Shown: positions 14,140-26,849 of the stretch, piece after piece
Layout: each line of letters begins with the position of its first letter
Numbering within the stretch: the stretch's first letter is position 1
Assembly: GCF_001194135.2 (NCBI RefSeq)
Contig: NC_068988.1
Location: forward strand, 76,843,615-76,907,614
Direction: 5' to 3'
DNA: 64,000 nucleotides
From: Octopus bimaculoides
Taxonomy: Eukaryota
Notes under the pieces: model-generated
Database searches by the model: none
What the model saw: only the letters and a program-made list of their open reading frames with translations
Told to the model about the DNA's origin: nothing
Made by a program: the position numbers and the translations under genes

Positions 14140-14711
14140 TGGACTGGGGTTTGATCTGGTGCAGATGATTATCTTTAACCTTTTGGAGATGGAGCTTCAT
14201 TTGGAGTTTCAGTGCCAAGAAGGTGGAGCTGTTTATGACCTAGGGACCTCCTCTTATGCTGAATGTTCCTGAGAAAGTTGGCAGCATACTTATTGGTCTC
14301 TCTGACAAACATTTCAATGAAATTCCATGTGAAAAACAGCATAAGGTATTCCACTGGGATGTTTATGCCTTGTGACATATTTCTAGGCCCTATCTTTTCT
14401 AAGAATTCATAGGGATCATCTCTATCTAGTTCAGTATCTCTAATCGTAAGCCAAGGCTTCACAAAATTATCATCACCATCATTATTTTGATCTTCTCTAT
14501 TACTTTCTTGGTTGTTTTCACCAGTTTCAGTGTCAGATTCACTGCTAGGCTGGGCGAAATCAGACTTGCTAAGGATGTTTTTATCAGTGCCGCTGTTGGA
14601 CATGGTGAAATTTCATGATGTTCACTTGGCATACACAAAAAAAAAAAAAAAAATCGATGTAAAATCACAGAACACAGCAAATTATCATAGAAGCTGCCAT
14701 TGAAAGGTTCA
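14140..14711 (-). mobile_element. Internally deleted piggyBac-like transposon
   Basis: Acidic N-terminus then PVEYLMLFFTWNFIEMFVRETNKYA (piggyBac-type); degenerate TTAA-CCC-like end tgaa|cctttcaatggcag at ~14711. Confidence 0.65.
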
Positions 14712-14914
14712 GATGTGCAAGAAATTCAAGAAGCAATCTAATTGGTACAAAGGCCAACCAGCTAATCTTGAGGCTTGTATTATTAGGCTGATGGATTGGC
14801 CCAGTCATCTTCATCATTCAACTTTTCGGCTGATAGATTGGCCCTGTCATCTCCTAGGGGTTAATCTCTATTATACCCCAAAACATAATTTGTTATGTGT
14901 GTGGTGTGATCATG

Positions 14915-15345
14915 TCATCATCACTGTCATCATCATTTAATGTCTGTTTTCCATGCTGGCATGGGTTGGACATTTTGACCAGAGCTGCCAAACAAGAGAG
15001 CTGCACCATGTTCCAGTATGATTTGATTTATTTTCTACGGCTAAATGTCCTTCCTAATGCCAACAACTTTACAGTGTATGCTGGGTGATTTTAACATAGA
15101 ACTGACATGAGCACCTTCATGTGGCACTGGCACGAGTGCTTTTTATGTAGCACCGACACAGGGCTCTTGCAGGCCAATCCTCTTCATCTGGGGGAGTGGC
15201 ATTAACACTTCTGTTGTGGATGACTGATCTTTTCAAGAACAGCAAGGTGCCAAATATCTCAGTCCTTTGCAAGTCATACTTCAGCACTTCATCCCACATC
15301 TTCCTGGGTCTCCCACTTCCATGTTTCCATTCATATTGTATTCTG
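14915..15345 (-). mobile_element. 5'-truncated RTE LINE 3' end
   Basis: (CAT)n tail plus tttccatgctggcatgggttggac motif; GRPRKMWDEVLKYDL coding end. Confidence 0.85.
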
Positions 15346-15364
15346 TCAATGTTGTTTTATTGAT

Positions 15365-15547
<183 letters not shown>

Positions 15548-16573
15548 ATGAGCAATGTTCAATGACTTAACTGGTTATATAACCAGTGTTGATTAAGTGG
15601 TTCTCAGTTTATTACAAGTACTATGAATCCTGGAGAGATGTAAAACCATGCTGATTTTGACAGGGTTGAATGCAGAACATAGAGCCATAAATCTTAATCC
15701 AACATTCTATTTTATTTATTCACTAATTCCTCCCCTAATTTCTATTAATACCATAATCATCAATGATCAATTAAAGAATGTACAATTTGTTGTGAAGTGC
15801 CTACAGATAAACCCTGTTAACCTTCCTTCCCACTTCACTCCATTTTCATGGCTATGATGGTTTGACCTCATGTATTCATTGATTCTGATCTCTTATTATA
15901 AATAATTCAATATAATCCTCATAATTTAATAATGGTTCTGTAATGGCAATGGTGACTCCAATAACATCCACCATAAGTCTATGTTATTAGCAGAGGTTGG
16001 AAGGGACAGCAGATGAGGACATATCTAAAATTTTGACCAGATTTCTTTATTTGGCTAATTTACCTATGAAGTTAATCTTCTGACCCAAAGCTTTGATTCT
16101 TTTCATGCATTTCCATTCCAGTTTAGGGATTACATGAGCTAATGAAGGCCAAATGTAAGCACCTTTGTTGTTGTCACTGTCATCATCATCATCATTATGT
16201 AACTATCCTCCTCTTGTTTCATCTCTTCTGACTCTCTACTGTATCTTCTTTCTTGCCTGTTAATCCACATCAGAATCATTTCCATCACTGTTACCATTAT
16301 TTCGTTGCTGGGGCTCCAACACTGCTATCACTACCATCACCATCATCATATTCACTATTAACAGGAACAGCAACAATGCCAGTAGTTGTTGCAGCCATAT
16401 TACGAGCACTAATGCCATAATACCATCATAGCATCATCTTAGAATCTTTTCTATCATCATCGTCTTCATCATCGTCATCATCATCATCATCATTCTCTCA
16501 TTTTATTTTATTGTAGAGGAGGTAAAATTCTGCTGTCTCTCATTATTTTCACTTCTTTCAACTATTTTTACTC

Positions 16574-16597
16574 CTGAAGAAGGACTGTGTCCAAAAC
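16574..16597 (+). ncRNA. Degenerate minimal hammerhead ribozyme core (Penelope pLTR type)
   Basis: ctgaaga-a-ggac-tgt-gtcc-aaaac: CUGANGA box, 4-bp stem II, GAAA box mutated to AAAA. Confidence 0.45.
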
Positions 16598-16659
16598 ATT
16601 TATCTTTTCACTCTCATGCTTAGTTCACTTCACTCTTTTTATTGATTTTACTAATATAT

Positions 16660-17712
16660 CATCATCATCATCATCATCGTTTAACGTCCGCTTTCCATGC
16701 TAGCATGGGTTGGACAATTTGACTGAGGACTGGTGAAACCAGATGGCTACACCAGGCAACGATCTCGCTCGAAAAATTTCATGTGCCACCCGCACATGAG
16801 CCAGTCCAGGGGCACTGGCAACAATCTCGCTCGAAAATCCTACGATGGCCCCGCACAAGAGCCAGTCCAGGGGCACTGGCAACAATCTCGCNNNNNNNNN
16901 NNNNNNNNNNNNNNNNNNNNNNNNNNNNNNNNNNNNNNNNNNNNNNNNNNNNNNNNNNNNNNNNNNNNNNNNNNNNNNNNNNNNNNNNNNNNNNNNNNNN
17001 NNNNNNNNNNNNNNNNNNNNNNNNNNNNNNNNNNNNNNNNNNNNNNNNNNNNNNNNNNNNNNNNNNNNNNNNNNNNNNNNNNNNNNNNNNNNNNNNNNNN
17101 NNNNNNNNNNNNNNNNNNNNNNNNNNNNNNNNNNNNNNNNNNNNNNNNNNNNNNNNNNNNNNNNNNNNNNNNNNNNNNNNNNNNNNNNNNNNNNNNNNNN
17201 NNNNNNNNNNNNNNNNNNNNNNNNNNNNNNNNNNNNNNNNNNNNNNNNNNNNNNNNNNNNNNNNNNNNNNNNNNNNNNNNNNNNNNNNNNNNNNNNNNNN
17301 NNNNNNNNNNNNNNNNNNNNNNNNNNNNNNNNNNNNNNNNNNNNNNNNNNNNNNNNNNNNNNNNNNNNTCGATTTCGATTTCACTTGCCTCAACAGGTCT
17401 TCGCAAGTGGAGTTTAGTGTCCAATTTAACTCGATTTCGATTTCACTTGCCTCAACAGGTCTTCGCAAGTGGAGTTTGGTGTCCAGTGAAGGAAGGTACG
17501 CATAAGTGGACTGGCTGAGGCCATAGATTTAGGTCTCACTTGGCTTGCCGGGTCTTCTCACGCACAGCATATTTCCAAAGGTCTCGGTAAGAAATCATCG
17601 CCTCGGTGAGGCCCAATGTTCGAAGGTCGTGGCTCACCACCTCATCCCAGGTCTTCCTGGGCCTACCTCTTCCGCAGGTTCCCTCAACTGCTAAGGTGTG
17701 GCACTTTTTCAC
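16660..17712 (-). mobile_element. 5'-truncated RTE LINE 3' end with expanded 3' UTR minisatellite (spans a gap)
   Basis: (CAT)n tail, 62/61-bp tandem units at 16758-16891, coding end GRPRKTWDEVV..RTLGLTEA. Confidence 0.9.
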
Positions 17713-17759
17713 ATTATTTATAGGAAATCAATTATATAGCCAGTCATAGAGTGACCAAT

Positions 17760-18640
17760 GGTTTCCTATTCATAAATTATATGACCAGTCATAGAGTCAT
17801 GGTTTTGCATCCCTATAGAGAGCTTGTTAGACTCGAATGGCTGTGGGCATATAACCTCTTTTAAAACTGAAGATTTAAAAACGTTTGCGCATGGAGCCCC
17901 TTCATCCTTAAGGCCCCACACATGGCTAGTTAGGAATGTAACATAACGCCTTTCTGGAATCCCCAAAGAAGACCTATGGTTGTACAGGTATTACTTAAAG
18001 TTAGTTCTGGCCGAACTGATGTATCTCTGAACTTGTGTGTTGATTGTGTCATCACCCCTGGTGTTTCTTTCATTGGCCCTGGGTCTGATATTGTTACTGT
18101 TGTTATTGCTTGTGTTGTTGGCTGCTGTTGCTGCTGTTATTACAGGGCATGAGTCCAGTAATTCCATTGTTGCTGTTGCTGGCATAGTAGTCGTCTCTGG
18201 CATAGCAGTCCTCTCCAGCCGTAATGTTGGTGTTTCTGTCGTTCAATGTGTTACTGCTACTGCCCCTACCATTTTTGTCAACATTGTTGCTGAATGAGCT
18301 GCTGTTGTTATTGTTCTGATTGTTAGGGAAATTTTCTACCACAACCTCATATACGACTCCCTCAGCCTTGCATTGGCCACTCACTGGGCAGTCATTGTAC
18401 TCCCTGCGCAAGCATCTGTCTTCTGCTCATGTTTTAGGGATGCTCACTAAAATTTTTTTAATGTTGGGCATGCAACTAATGGCGACCCTTAGGTTGTGCC
18501 TATTAAACAAACGTCTGTACCCATGTGACTGCATAAAGTGCTTGTCCACTAACCTAAGTAAAATCCTTCCCACACAAGTTTTAACATTGAGAGACAAGGG
18601 TGGGGCAAAACCAAATGATCTTCCAGTGGTGCTTCCTTTT
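17760..18640 (-). mobile_element. Penelope-like fragment (RT thumb end + GIY-YIG with Asn-rich insert)
   Basis: FAPPLSLNVKTCVGRILLRLVDKHF..LFNRHNLRVAISCMPNI; DCPVSGQCKAEGVVYEV; RYISSARTNFK; YVTFLTSHVWGLKD. Confidence 0.75.
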
Positions 18641-18667
18641 GCAGGTATATATATATGTATATACACA

Positions 18668-19150
18668 TTTATCATCATCATTTAGCATCTGTTTTCCATG
18701 CCAGCTGCATGAGTGTTTGACTGGTGCTGGTAAGCTGGAGAGCTGCATCAGACTCCAGTCTGCTTTGGCTTGGTTTCTACAGCTGGATGCATTTCCTAAT
18801 GCCAACTACTTTACAGAGTGTACTGTGTATCTTTCACGTGGTACTGGCACAGCCACTTTTCATGTATCACCGGCATGGGTGCCTTTTATGTATCACTAGT
18901 ACTGGCCACAGCTACAATTTCTCTTAGCTTGACATGTCTTCTCAAGTACAGTAAATCACCACAGTTTTTGGTCACTTGTAATCACCCCCATATGATTTAA
19001 TATCTGAAGATCATACTTCACCACCTCAACCCATATCTTCTTGGCTCTTCTTCGTCCACAGGTTCCCTCCACAGTTAGAGACCAGGACTTTTTTTACACA
19101 GTTGTCCTAGTCCATATGTATCACATGACCATACCAGCGCAGTCTTCTCC
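18668..19150 (-). mobile_element. 5'-truncated RTE LINE 3' end
   Basis: Same (CAT)n tail and 3' UTR motifs as the other copies. Confidence 0.8.
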
Positions 19151-19271
19151 GTATTATTGGAAGAAAAAAGCAAAACATGTTCTATAGAAATTTGTTATTC
19201 TAAATTCAATTTATTCTTCAATCAGGAAATCAATTCTGAATTCATAATACAACAACGACAATAATAATAAA

Positions 19272-19812
19272 TGCCCTGATGCAGTACCAGGCAGTGGCTC
19301 TCATGGCTTCTGATCTTAACTGATTGGAAGTGTTATCATGTACATTGTTTTGTCTTGGTATGGAAAATGGGCTACAGCAAATATTCTGCTCCATACCACA
19401 GATCTGTTTGTCAGTTGTTCGACCCTAACCTGTTGAGCATGTCTCTTAGTGGTTGATGATATGTGCATCTCTGATCACAAGCAGAAGTAGTGGGGGGAGT
19501 GTCATAGCCATGTGTTGAGAGGAATTCTTTGGGGTTTAGATAATTCACCTCTAGAAACATGGGTGTTTTGTTCAACATCCCTTAAACAACTCTCACTCAG
19601 GGACCTTTTGAGTGGGATGGGCTACTCGACCTGAAGAAAATTCTAAGTGGACCCCACTGTTTATCTTGACATGAGATCATTATGTCACGCACATATAGCT
19701 GTGATGCAAGTGCCCGGTGTACGCTTATCTGATGGGTAGTCATGATGGGTATACTGGTCTTCATATATTTTACCCTAATGTCACTTTGATGGCATGCACT
19801 GCTCTCTCACTC
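19272..19812. mobile_element. Non-coding ~540-bp interspersed element embedded in (AAT)n
   Basis: Complex non-coding sequence flanked left by caataataataa and right by a ~150-bp (AAT)n; recalled as a high-copy octopus repeat. Confidence 0.55.
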
Positions 19813-19840
19813 AATAATAATAATAATGATAATAATGATG

Positions 19841-19877
<37 letters not shown>

Positions 19878-19918
19878 TAATAATAATAATAATAATAACA
19901 ATAATAACAATAATAATA

Positions 19919-19962
<44 letters not shown>
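19813..19962. repeat. (AAT)n microsatellite
   Basis: Direct inspection. Confidence 0.95.
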
Positions 19963-19964
<2 letters not shown>

Positions 19965-20008
19965 GAAAATACAAAATTAACCACTATGAGGGGCAATAAA
20001 TTCTATCA

Positions 20009-23000
20009 CATCATCATCATTATCGTTTAACATCTGCTTTCTATGCTAGCATGGGTTGGACGATTTGTCTAAGGACTGGTGAACTAGATGGCTGCACCAG
20101 GCTCTAATCTGATCTGGCAGAGTTTCTACAGCTGGATGCCCTTCCTAACTCCAACCACTCCAAGAGTGTAGTGAGTGCTTTTATGTGCCACCGGCATGAG
20201 GGACAGTCAGGTGGTATTGGCAACAGCCATGCTCAAATGGTGCATTTTACGTGCCACCTGCACAGGAGCCAGTCCAGCAGCACTGGCAACGACCTCACTC
20301 GAATGTTTTTTCACATGCCACCGGCACAAGTGCCAGTAAGGCAATGCTGGTAACGATCACGTGTGAATGGTACTTTTTATGTGTCACAGGCACGGAAGCC
20401 AGTCAGCTGCTCTGGCAGCTATTACGCTCGGATGGTGCCCTTAGCGCTCCACTAGCACAGGTGCCAGTCATCGAATTTGCGAATTTGATTTGATTTCAAT
20501 TTCACTTGCCTCAGCAGGTCTTTGCAAGCAGAGTTTAGTGTCCAATGAAGGAAAGGTATGCATAAGTGGGCTGGTTACACCCCTGACAGAGGCCACAGGT
20601 TATGGTCTCACTTAGTTTGCTGGGTCTTCTCATGCACAGTATATTTCCAAAGGTCTTGGTCACTAGTCATTGCTTCGGTGAGGCCTAATGTTCGAAGGTC
20701 GTGCTTTGCCACCTCATCCCAGGTCTTCCAGAGTCTACCTCTTCCACAGGTTCTCTCAACCACAAGGTTGTGGCACTTTTTCACACAGCTATCCTCATCC
20801 ATTCTCACCACATGACCATACTAGCACAGTCGTCTCTCTTGCACACCACATCTGATGCTTCTTAGGTTCAACTTTTCTCTTAAGGCACTTACACTCTGTC
20901 GAGTAAGCACACTGACATTACACATCCAACAGAACATATTGGCTTCATTCCTTGCAAGCTGACGCATGTCCTCAGTAGCCATGGCCCATGTTTTACTGCC
21001 AAGTAGCTTGGCTGTTCATACACATACTTCATACAGTCTACTTTTTACTCTGAGCGAGAGGCACTTTGACATCAGCAGAGGTAAGAGCTCTCTGAACTTT
21101 GTCCAGGCTATTCTTATTCTAGCAGCTACACTTTAAGCACACCCTCCCCCACTACTGACTTGGTTACCTAGGTAATAGAAGCTATCAACTACTTCTAGTT
21201 TTTCTCACTGGAATGTGGAGGAAGTTGTCTGCATATTTTCAGTGTTTATTGCTCCTGAACATCTGCTACATACAAAAACTATGTTCCTAGTTAGCCTTCC
21301 TTCGATATTGCTGCACCTATTATGTATCCGTAGCTTACACTGGGTACATGTAATAGCGTTTATACCCACACCTTTTCTACAGATCGAGCAGGGCCATCTA
21401 CACGAAGGGATTTGTGGTTTGGCTGCCTTCCTACTTATTACGACTTTGGTTTTAGCTAGGTTGACTCTAAGGCCCTTCGATTCTAATTCTTGTTTCCACA
21501 CCGGAAACTTCTCCTCTAGTTCTGATAGTGACTCAGCAATTAGAGCAAGGTCATCAGAATAGAGAAGCTCCCAGGGGCATCCTGTCTTGAATTCCTGTGC
21601 TATTGCCTGGAGGACTATGATAAATAGGAGGGGGCTGAGGACAGAACCTTGGTGGACCCCTACATCTACCCGGAATTCTTCCCTGTACTCGTTGCCAACG
21701 CTCACCTTACTGACAGCGTCTCTGTACATGTGCACAGCTCTCACAAACCATTCATATATACCTATTTTCCTCATTGACCACCAGATAAGGAAATGGGGGA
21801 TCCTGTCAAAGGCTTTCTCCATGTCAGCGAAAGCCAGGTACAGAAGTTTATCTTTGGCTAGGTATTTTTCCTGCAGCTGTCTTACCAGAAATATAGCATC
21901 AGTGGTGCTTTTCCCTGGAATGAACCCTAACTGCATCTCATCTAAACTGACTCTCTCCTTAATTAGTTGGACTATGACCCTCTCCGTAACTTTCATTACT
22001 TCATCCAACAACTTGTTACATCGGTAATTATTTGTATCTAAAGCGTCACCTTTACTTTTGTAATCACCTGGTTAACTATTCGGGTGACTAGGCTATAACC
22101 GACGCTGCCAGAAATTTTGAGCATCTCTGCAGTGATTCTTGATGGGCCGGGGGCTTTCCCTGTCTTCATGCTCTTAATTGCTTTATCTACCATGGTACTG
22201 TCAACTCGGATAGCTGGTCCCACTGTTGGATCGACATCCGGCAGACTCTCTTTCTCCCATTCATTTTCTTTATTGAGCAACCTTTCATAGTGGCGTCTCC
22301 AAACCTCTTTCTTTGCAACCTCGTTTAGTGCAAGTGAACCATCAGCTATGCGGACATATTTCTCTCCTATGACGTCACGATTCTCTCTCACACACTGTCT
22401 TGCAACACGAAAAACCTCAAGTCTTTGGTCCTCACAGTGCAGAACATTGGCAATTTTTTTCTTATCTGCTTCCCCTCTGGCTAAATAAACCTGTCTCCTA
22501 GCTTCCCTTCTGGCATTCTGGTACAATTCCCTGCTACCACCATTCTTCCATTTGTACCATCCACAGATCTGGTCAGTGGCCTTCAGCAGGTTGTCCCGTA
22601 AAAACCTCCAGCTGTCTTCTACATCGTGTGAAGCTATATCCCCTTTTTATTTCGTCAAAGGCTTCGAGTAATATGTCTCTAAATCTGTGTCCATTCGCAG
22701 GATCTTTAAGCTTCCAGACCCTTCTCCTCCATGCTGGTCATCTTCTGGGCATCTTCTTAGCCCTGATCCTGAAGTCACTAGCTACCAGTCTATGTTGTGA
22801 GGTACATTCTTCTCCTGGGAAGGTTTTGGCATTTATAAGCAACCATCTTTCCCTTTTTCTGGCGAGGNNNNNNNNNNCATTCTTCTCCTGGGAAGGTTTT
22901 GGCATTTATAAGCAACCATCTTTCCCTTTTTCTGGCGAGGATGTAGTCAATTTGGCTAGTGTGTCTGCCAGAACGGTAGGTGACTAGGTGACTGGCAGGT

Positions 23001-24350
23001 TTCCTGAAGTTAGTATTGCAAACCATAAGTTCATTTGCATCGCAGAACTCCAGCAGTCTGGTTCCTTCCTCACTGCAGGAACCAAAACCGTAGCCTCCAT
23101 GTACGCCACGGAAGCCTCCTGCATGTTGTCCAACATGTCCATTGAAGTCACCAGCCACAAGGAGAAGGTCTCTGTCACTCGTCAACGAGGTAGTCTGCAG
23201 GAGGGTGTCATAAAATCGGTCTTTCTGTTCATCAGGTAGCCCCGGCTGAGGGGCGTAGGCCGAGATAATGGTTGCTAACCCATGATGAAGCACTAATCTA
23301 ATCTTAAGTATTCTGTTGCATACTCTGACTACCTCGATTACCTTATCCATCCATTTCTCCACAAGAAGTATACCCACGCCCCCGACCCCGTCTGTGTTCC
23401 CTGCCCAGGAAATCTTGTACCTTTGTTCTTTGCCTATGAGGAACCTCCTCTCCACCTTACTTCTTGGAGGCAGCACATATCGACACGTCTCCGTTCAAGC
23501 ATCTCAACAATCTCATCAGACCTACCTTTCAATGTACTGACGTTGAGAGTGCCAACCATGAGGGTGTGGGAGGTATGGGCCCGTGATACCTGGGATTGTG
23601 GACAGGAGCGTCATGTACCTGAAAAAGAAAGCTCGCATTTGGCAGAATTCATAAACAAACAATAGCCTTCAGTTCAACCTGCATACACTACACTATCATA
23701 TTTTTGCACTATATGATCACTACGTTACATAGGAGGTAAACCCTAAGTAGGGGTGAGGGTGGTGTAAAGCCTTTAGAAGTGTTCATGGGAGACAACCAAA
23801 GGATGACAGAGGATAATAACTTCTGGTACAGGTGGAGGGGGCGTACCGCGAACTAGCAAATTTAGACGGGAGCATCTTCTGGATACGTATTCTTTCGTCG
23901 GAGGTATTAAAAAGATCGAGAAGGGGAATCCGAGTGCGTGCGCTAGTTTGTATTGGATGGTGGTGGTGGTGGTGGTGGAAGAAGTCTTGGTGAAGCGAGT
24001 GGTAATCGAAAGAGAGAGAGAGACAGACAGACAGATAGAGTGAGGCCAAGAGAGAGAGAGAAAGACAGACTGGCCAGAGACGGAGACAGAGAAACAGAGT
24101 GAGGTATAGAGAGAGAGAGAGGAGGTAGTGGTCAGAACACGAGGGATAAAAATATTGTTTTTGGATTTGTGTAGCATAATTTAACGAGACAGCAAATGTT
24201 GATAATAGTAAAATAGAATTGAAAAATCTGAGAGTTTTCGGTCAGCCAATCTAAGACAAAATCAGAGAAATAAGTAACTGTGTGATAAACTTTAATAAAT
24301 GAATGGATGAATATGTTGCGGTTAAGGAAGGAAATTATGTATCTGTTTTT
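20009..24350 (-). mobile_element. Near full-length RTE LINE (long 5' UTR, APE, RT with PHD insert, 3' UTR, (GAT)n tail); frameshifted
   Basis: ORF pieces 22790-23476 (APE: LLVAGDFNGHVG, TSQIDYIL), 22038-22526, 21205-22011 (RT: DMEKAFDR, VGVHQGSVLSPLLF, LYSDD) and 20608-20811. Confidence 0.92.
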
Positions 24351-24354
24351 TTTT

Positions 24355-26176
24355 TTTATACCAAAGTCATATCCATCTTGGTCAAATACACAGATTAATG
24401 GATATCGGAGTGCATCATATGATCGGCGAGTTGCATTTATGCACTGAATCTTATTTCCTCTTCCTTGAATAATAATGTCTCTCTTTCCATTCTCACCGCC
24501 TGTAATAATTGCTGCTACTTCATTTGCAGCAGGGGAATTTTAATGGCCACTGTGCTCAGTAACAGGCTATTTGTCTGCGTCAATAACTATGTTGTATTCA
24601 GTGGGTGGTGCAGATTCCAATGTATACTTGAAGCTTCTGATGTAGCTATTTTTTGCATGCAACATATCTTGCGGATCAAAGATAAATTCTTTCAAATTTG
24701 GAAGGTTAAATGACCGTTGCAAAGCCTGTTCCTTGTAATTTGCCATAAACTATAGCTGTAAAAACAGGATTTTTGCAGTCCGGTGGCAACTAGAGTACGG
24801 CGATATACTTGACCATGAACTTTTTCCCTTCTTTTATAATATTGCTACCAAAAGAAGTTATTTGGAAAGCAGAATTATAATTCTGAATGTTTTTCAAGAA
24901 ATGCATGTTCCTTAGTGTGTTTTCCAAAAGCAATATCTTCAAAGCATCTGGGGTTGTACCAAATGTCGGTAAAACAACCATTCCTCCACCACAACACCGC
25001 GGTGGTTTCTCTTTCTTATTTCTTTCTTTTACAAAAACTGCACTCTTTTGACATTACTCCAATATCAACAAATTTCTCTGTAAAATAATCATGTTTTGGA
25101 TCATAGTTGAAAGCTGATCTTTTCCAAGTCCCCGTAAAAGGTGCAACTCTTTTGTTAAATGCATTCAGCCTATCTTGATGAACTACACACAGTGAAAATA
25201 ATATAAATCCGTTTGTAAGATTTCTTTCAGGTTGCTATGTGTTAGTAGCGCTACTGGTAAACAATGTAGACTGGTACTACCTGTGGCATTCTGAAGAGAA
25301 AAATAATTTTGTGTGGAAGAAAAAGCAATAATCTAAAAGGCAAGTTTGTGTGCTTGTGAATTTGTTACTGTAACTCCTCTAAGACTATCCAACAGACGTG
25401 GGACTTATACCTATGCGGTCACTTACGCACTTGGAATTTGAAAAAAAGTTGATTCTTAATTAGCATCGATTTTTTCAGCTTATTAACAGTAATTTATTTA
25501 GCATTTCCTAATTCTTCATTTCAATGCGAATTGTTTTGATTTACTAAAACTTATTATTTCAATTCGTTCTTTTAATTTCCCAGCGTTTCGGGTTTTGATT
25601 AGGTAAGAGCATTTTATTTCTCAAGCAAAATTTAGGCATCTTGCGCATTAACCATCGTAACATCAATTTGACGAAATCTGCCTCAAAGCGTAAAATTTCA
25701 CCATTTTACACGCATGCACAAAAATGACGACGACACTGGTTCGCTACCAGACTCTGCTCATTTTTTTTTTGTCAAATTGGTCCTACCCATGAATATAGAT
25801 TTTAATTTTTTTTTTAATGCCGAAATTTGACGAAAAATGTTTCATGGCTATAAACAGACATCTTATTAACGGTAATTTATTTAACATTTGTTAATTCTGC
25901 ATTTCAATGCGAATTGTTTTGATTTGCTAAAACTTATTTCAATTCGTGGTTTTAATTCTTCAGCGTTTCAGGTTTTGATTAGGTAAGAGCATTTTATTTC
26001 TCAAGCAAAATTTAGGCATTTTGCACACTAGCCACCGTGACATCAATTTGACGAAATCTTCCCCAAAGCGTAAAATTTCGCCATTTTACGCGCATGCACA
26101 AAAATGACGACGACACAGGTTCGCTACCAGACTCTGCTCATGTTTTCGTCAAATTGGCCCTACCCATTAATATAGA
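24355..26176 (-). mobile_element. Helitron 5' half: Rep N-terminal remnant with two tandem 5' termini
   Basis: DIGVMSKECSFCK, CCGGGMVVLPT, FLKNIQNYNSAFQITSFG, NEVAAIITGGE..RDIII, RSYDALRYPL; A|TCTATATT starts at 25799 and 26176. Confidence 0.8.
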
Positions 26177-26339
26177 TTTTAAGTATCCCTAACGGAAATA
26201 TCCCTAACGGAAATAGCAGCAGAGCCATCACCAATGATACCTAGAACAGCATTTTTCTGGGAACGAATTGATTCATAGCATTGCTACTATGGAAAAATTA
26301 TTGCTCTGCTTTACGAGCAGTCTCCAGGAACAAATTAAC

Positions 26340-26590
26340 TTGTATATTGAGGCATTGCTGTATATACTGAAGCACTGCCTTTGAACGCCTCTGTCGTTAT
26401 TTTTTTCTTCACTTCTTCCACATCTGCGAATTCTGTGGAACCAGTGATGCCCTTCGAAAAAAAGTCCGGATCAACTTCCAATTGTTCTTTCAGTTCACGA
26501 CACACATTCAGTCATCAGTGCTTTTGATCAACTTCCAATTGTTCTTTCAGTTCACGACACACATTCAGTCATGAGTGCTTTTGATCGGTG
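26340..26590 (-). mobile_element. Mariner deletion-derivative fragment with a 57-bp tandem duplication
   Basis: LNVCRELKEQLEVDPDFFSKGITG|STEFADVEEVKKK, homologous to 39560-39720; direct repeat at 26469 and 26526. Confidence 0.75.
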
Positions 26591-26849
26591 TTAACGTGGC
26601 AGCGTGTCTTGTCATCTGGACTTTAAATCAGCAGCTAACGTTTACATCTCAACGTTCTATTGACAACTGACGTTTCGCCTTTCAAAACTGGCGTTGCTTC
26701 ACTGTTAGGCAGAAGTTGCTACATGTATCTTTCCACATGCTGTTCCATCGGCTTAGCCATCAAAAGTCAATGATTCTTTATTATGAATATTTACATTCGA
26801 ACATTGGGATATCTTTTTTTACATGATTCGTACAGTTCATCGTCAATAA

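Noticed and set aside
16100-16165. Possible 33-nt plus-strand micro-exon (ttccag|...|gtaagc)
   Set aside because: All three frames contain stop codons.
16758-16891. CRISPR-like repeat-spacer appearance
   Set aside because: Eukaryotic context, no cas genes, spacers are homologous to each other, and the array is part of an RTE 3' UTR.
17369-17490. 62-bp direct duplication right of a gap
   Set aside because: Adjacent to an N gap, so a mis-join cannot be excluded; not treated as biological.
22804-22940. 63-bp direct repeat inside the RTE endonuclease
   Set aside because: Identical copies flank an 11-N gap; a typical unmerged contig-overlap artefact.
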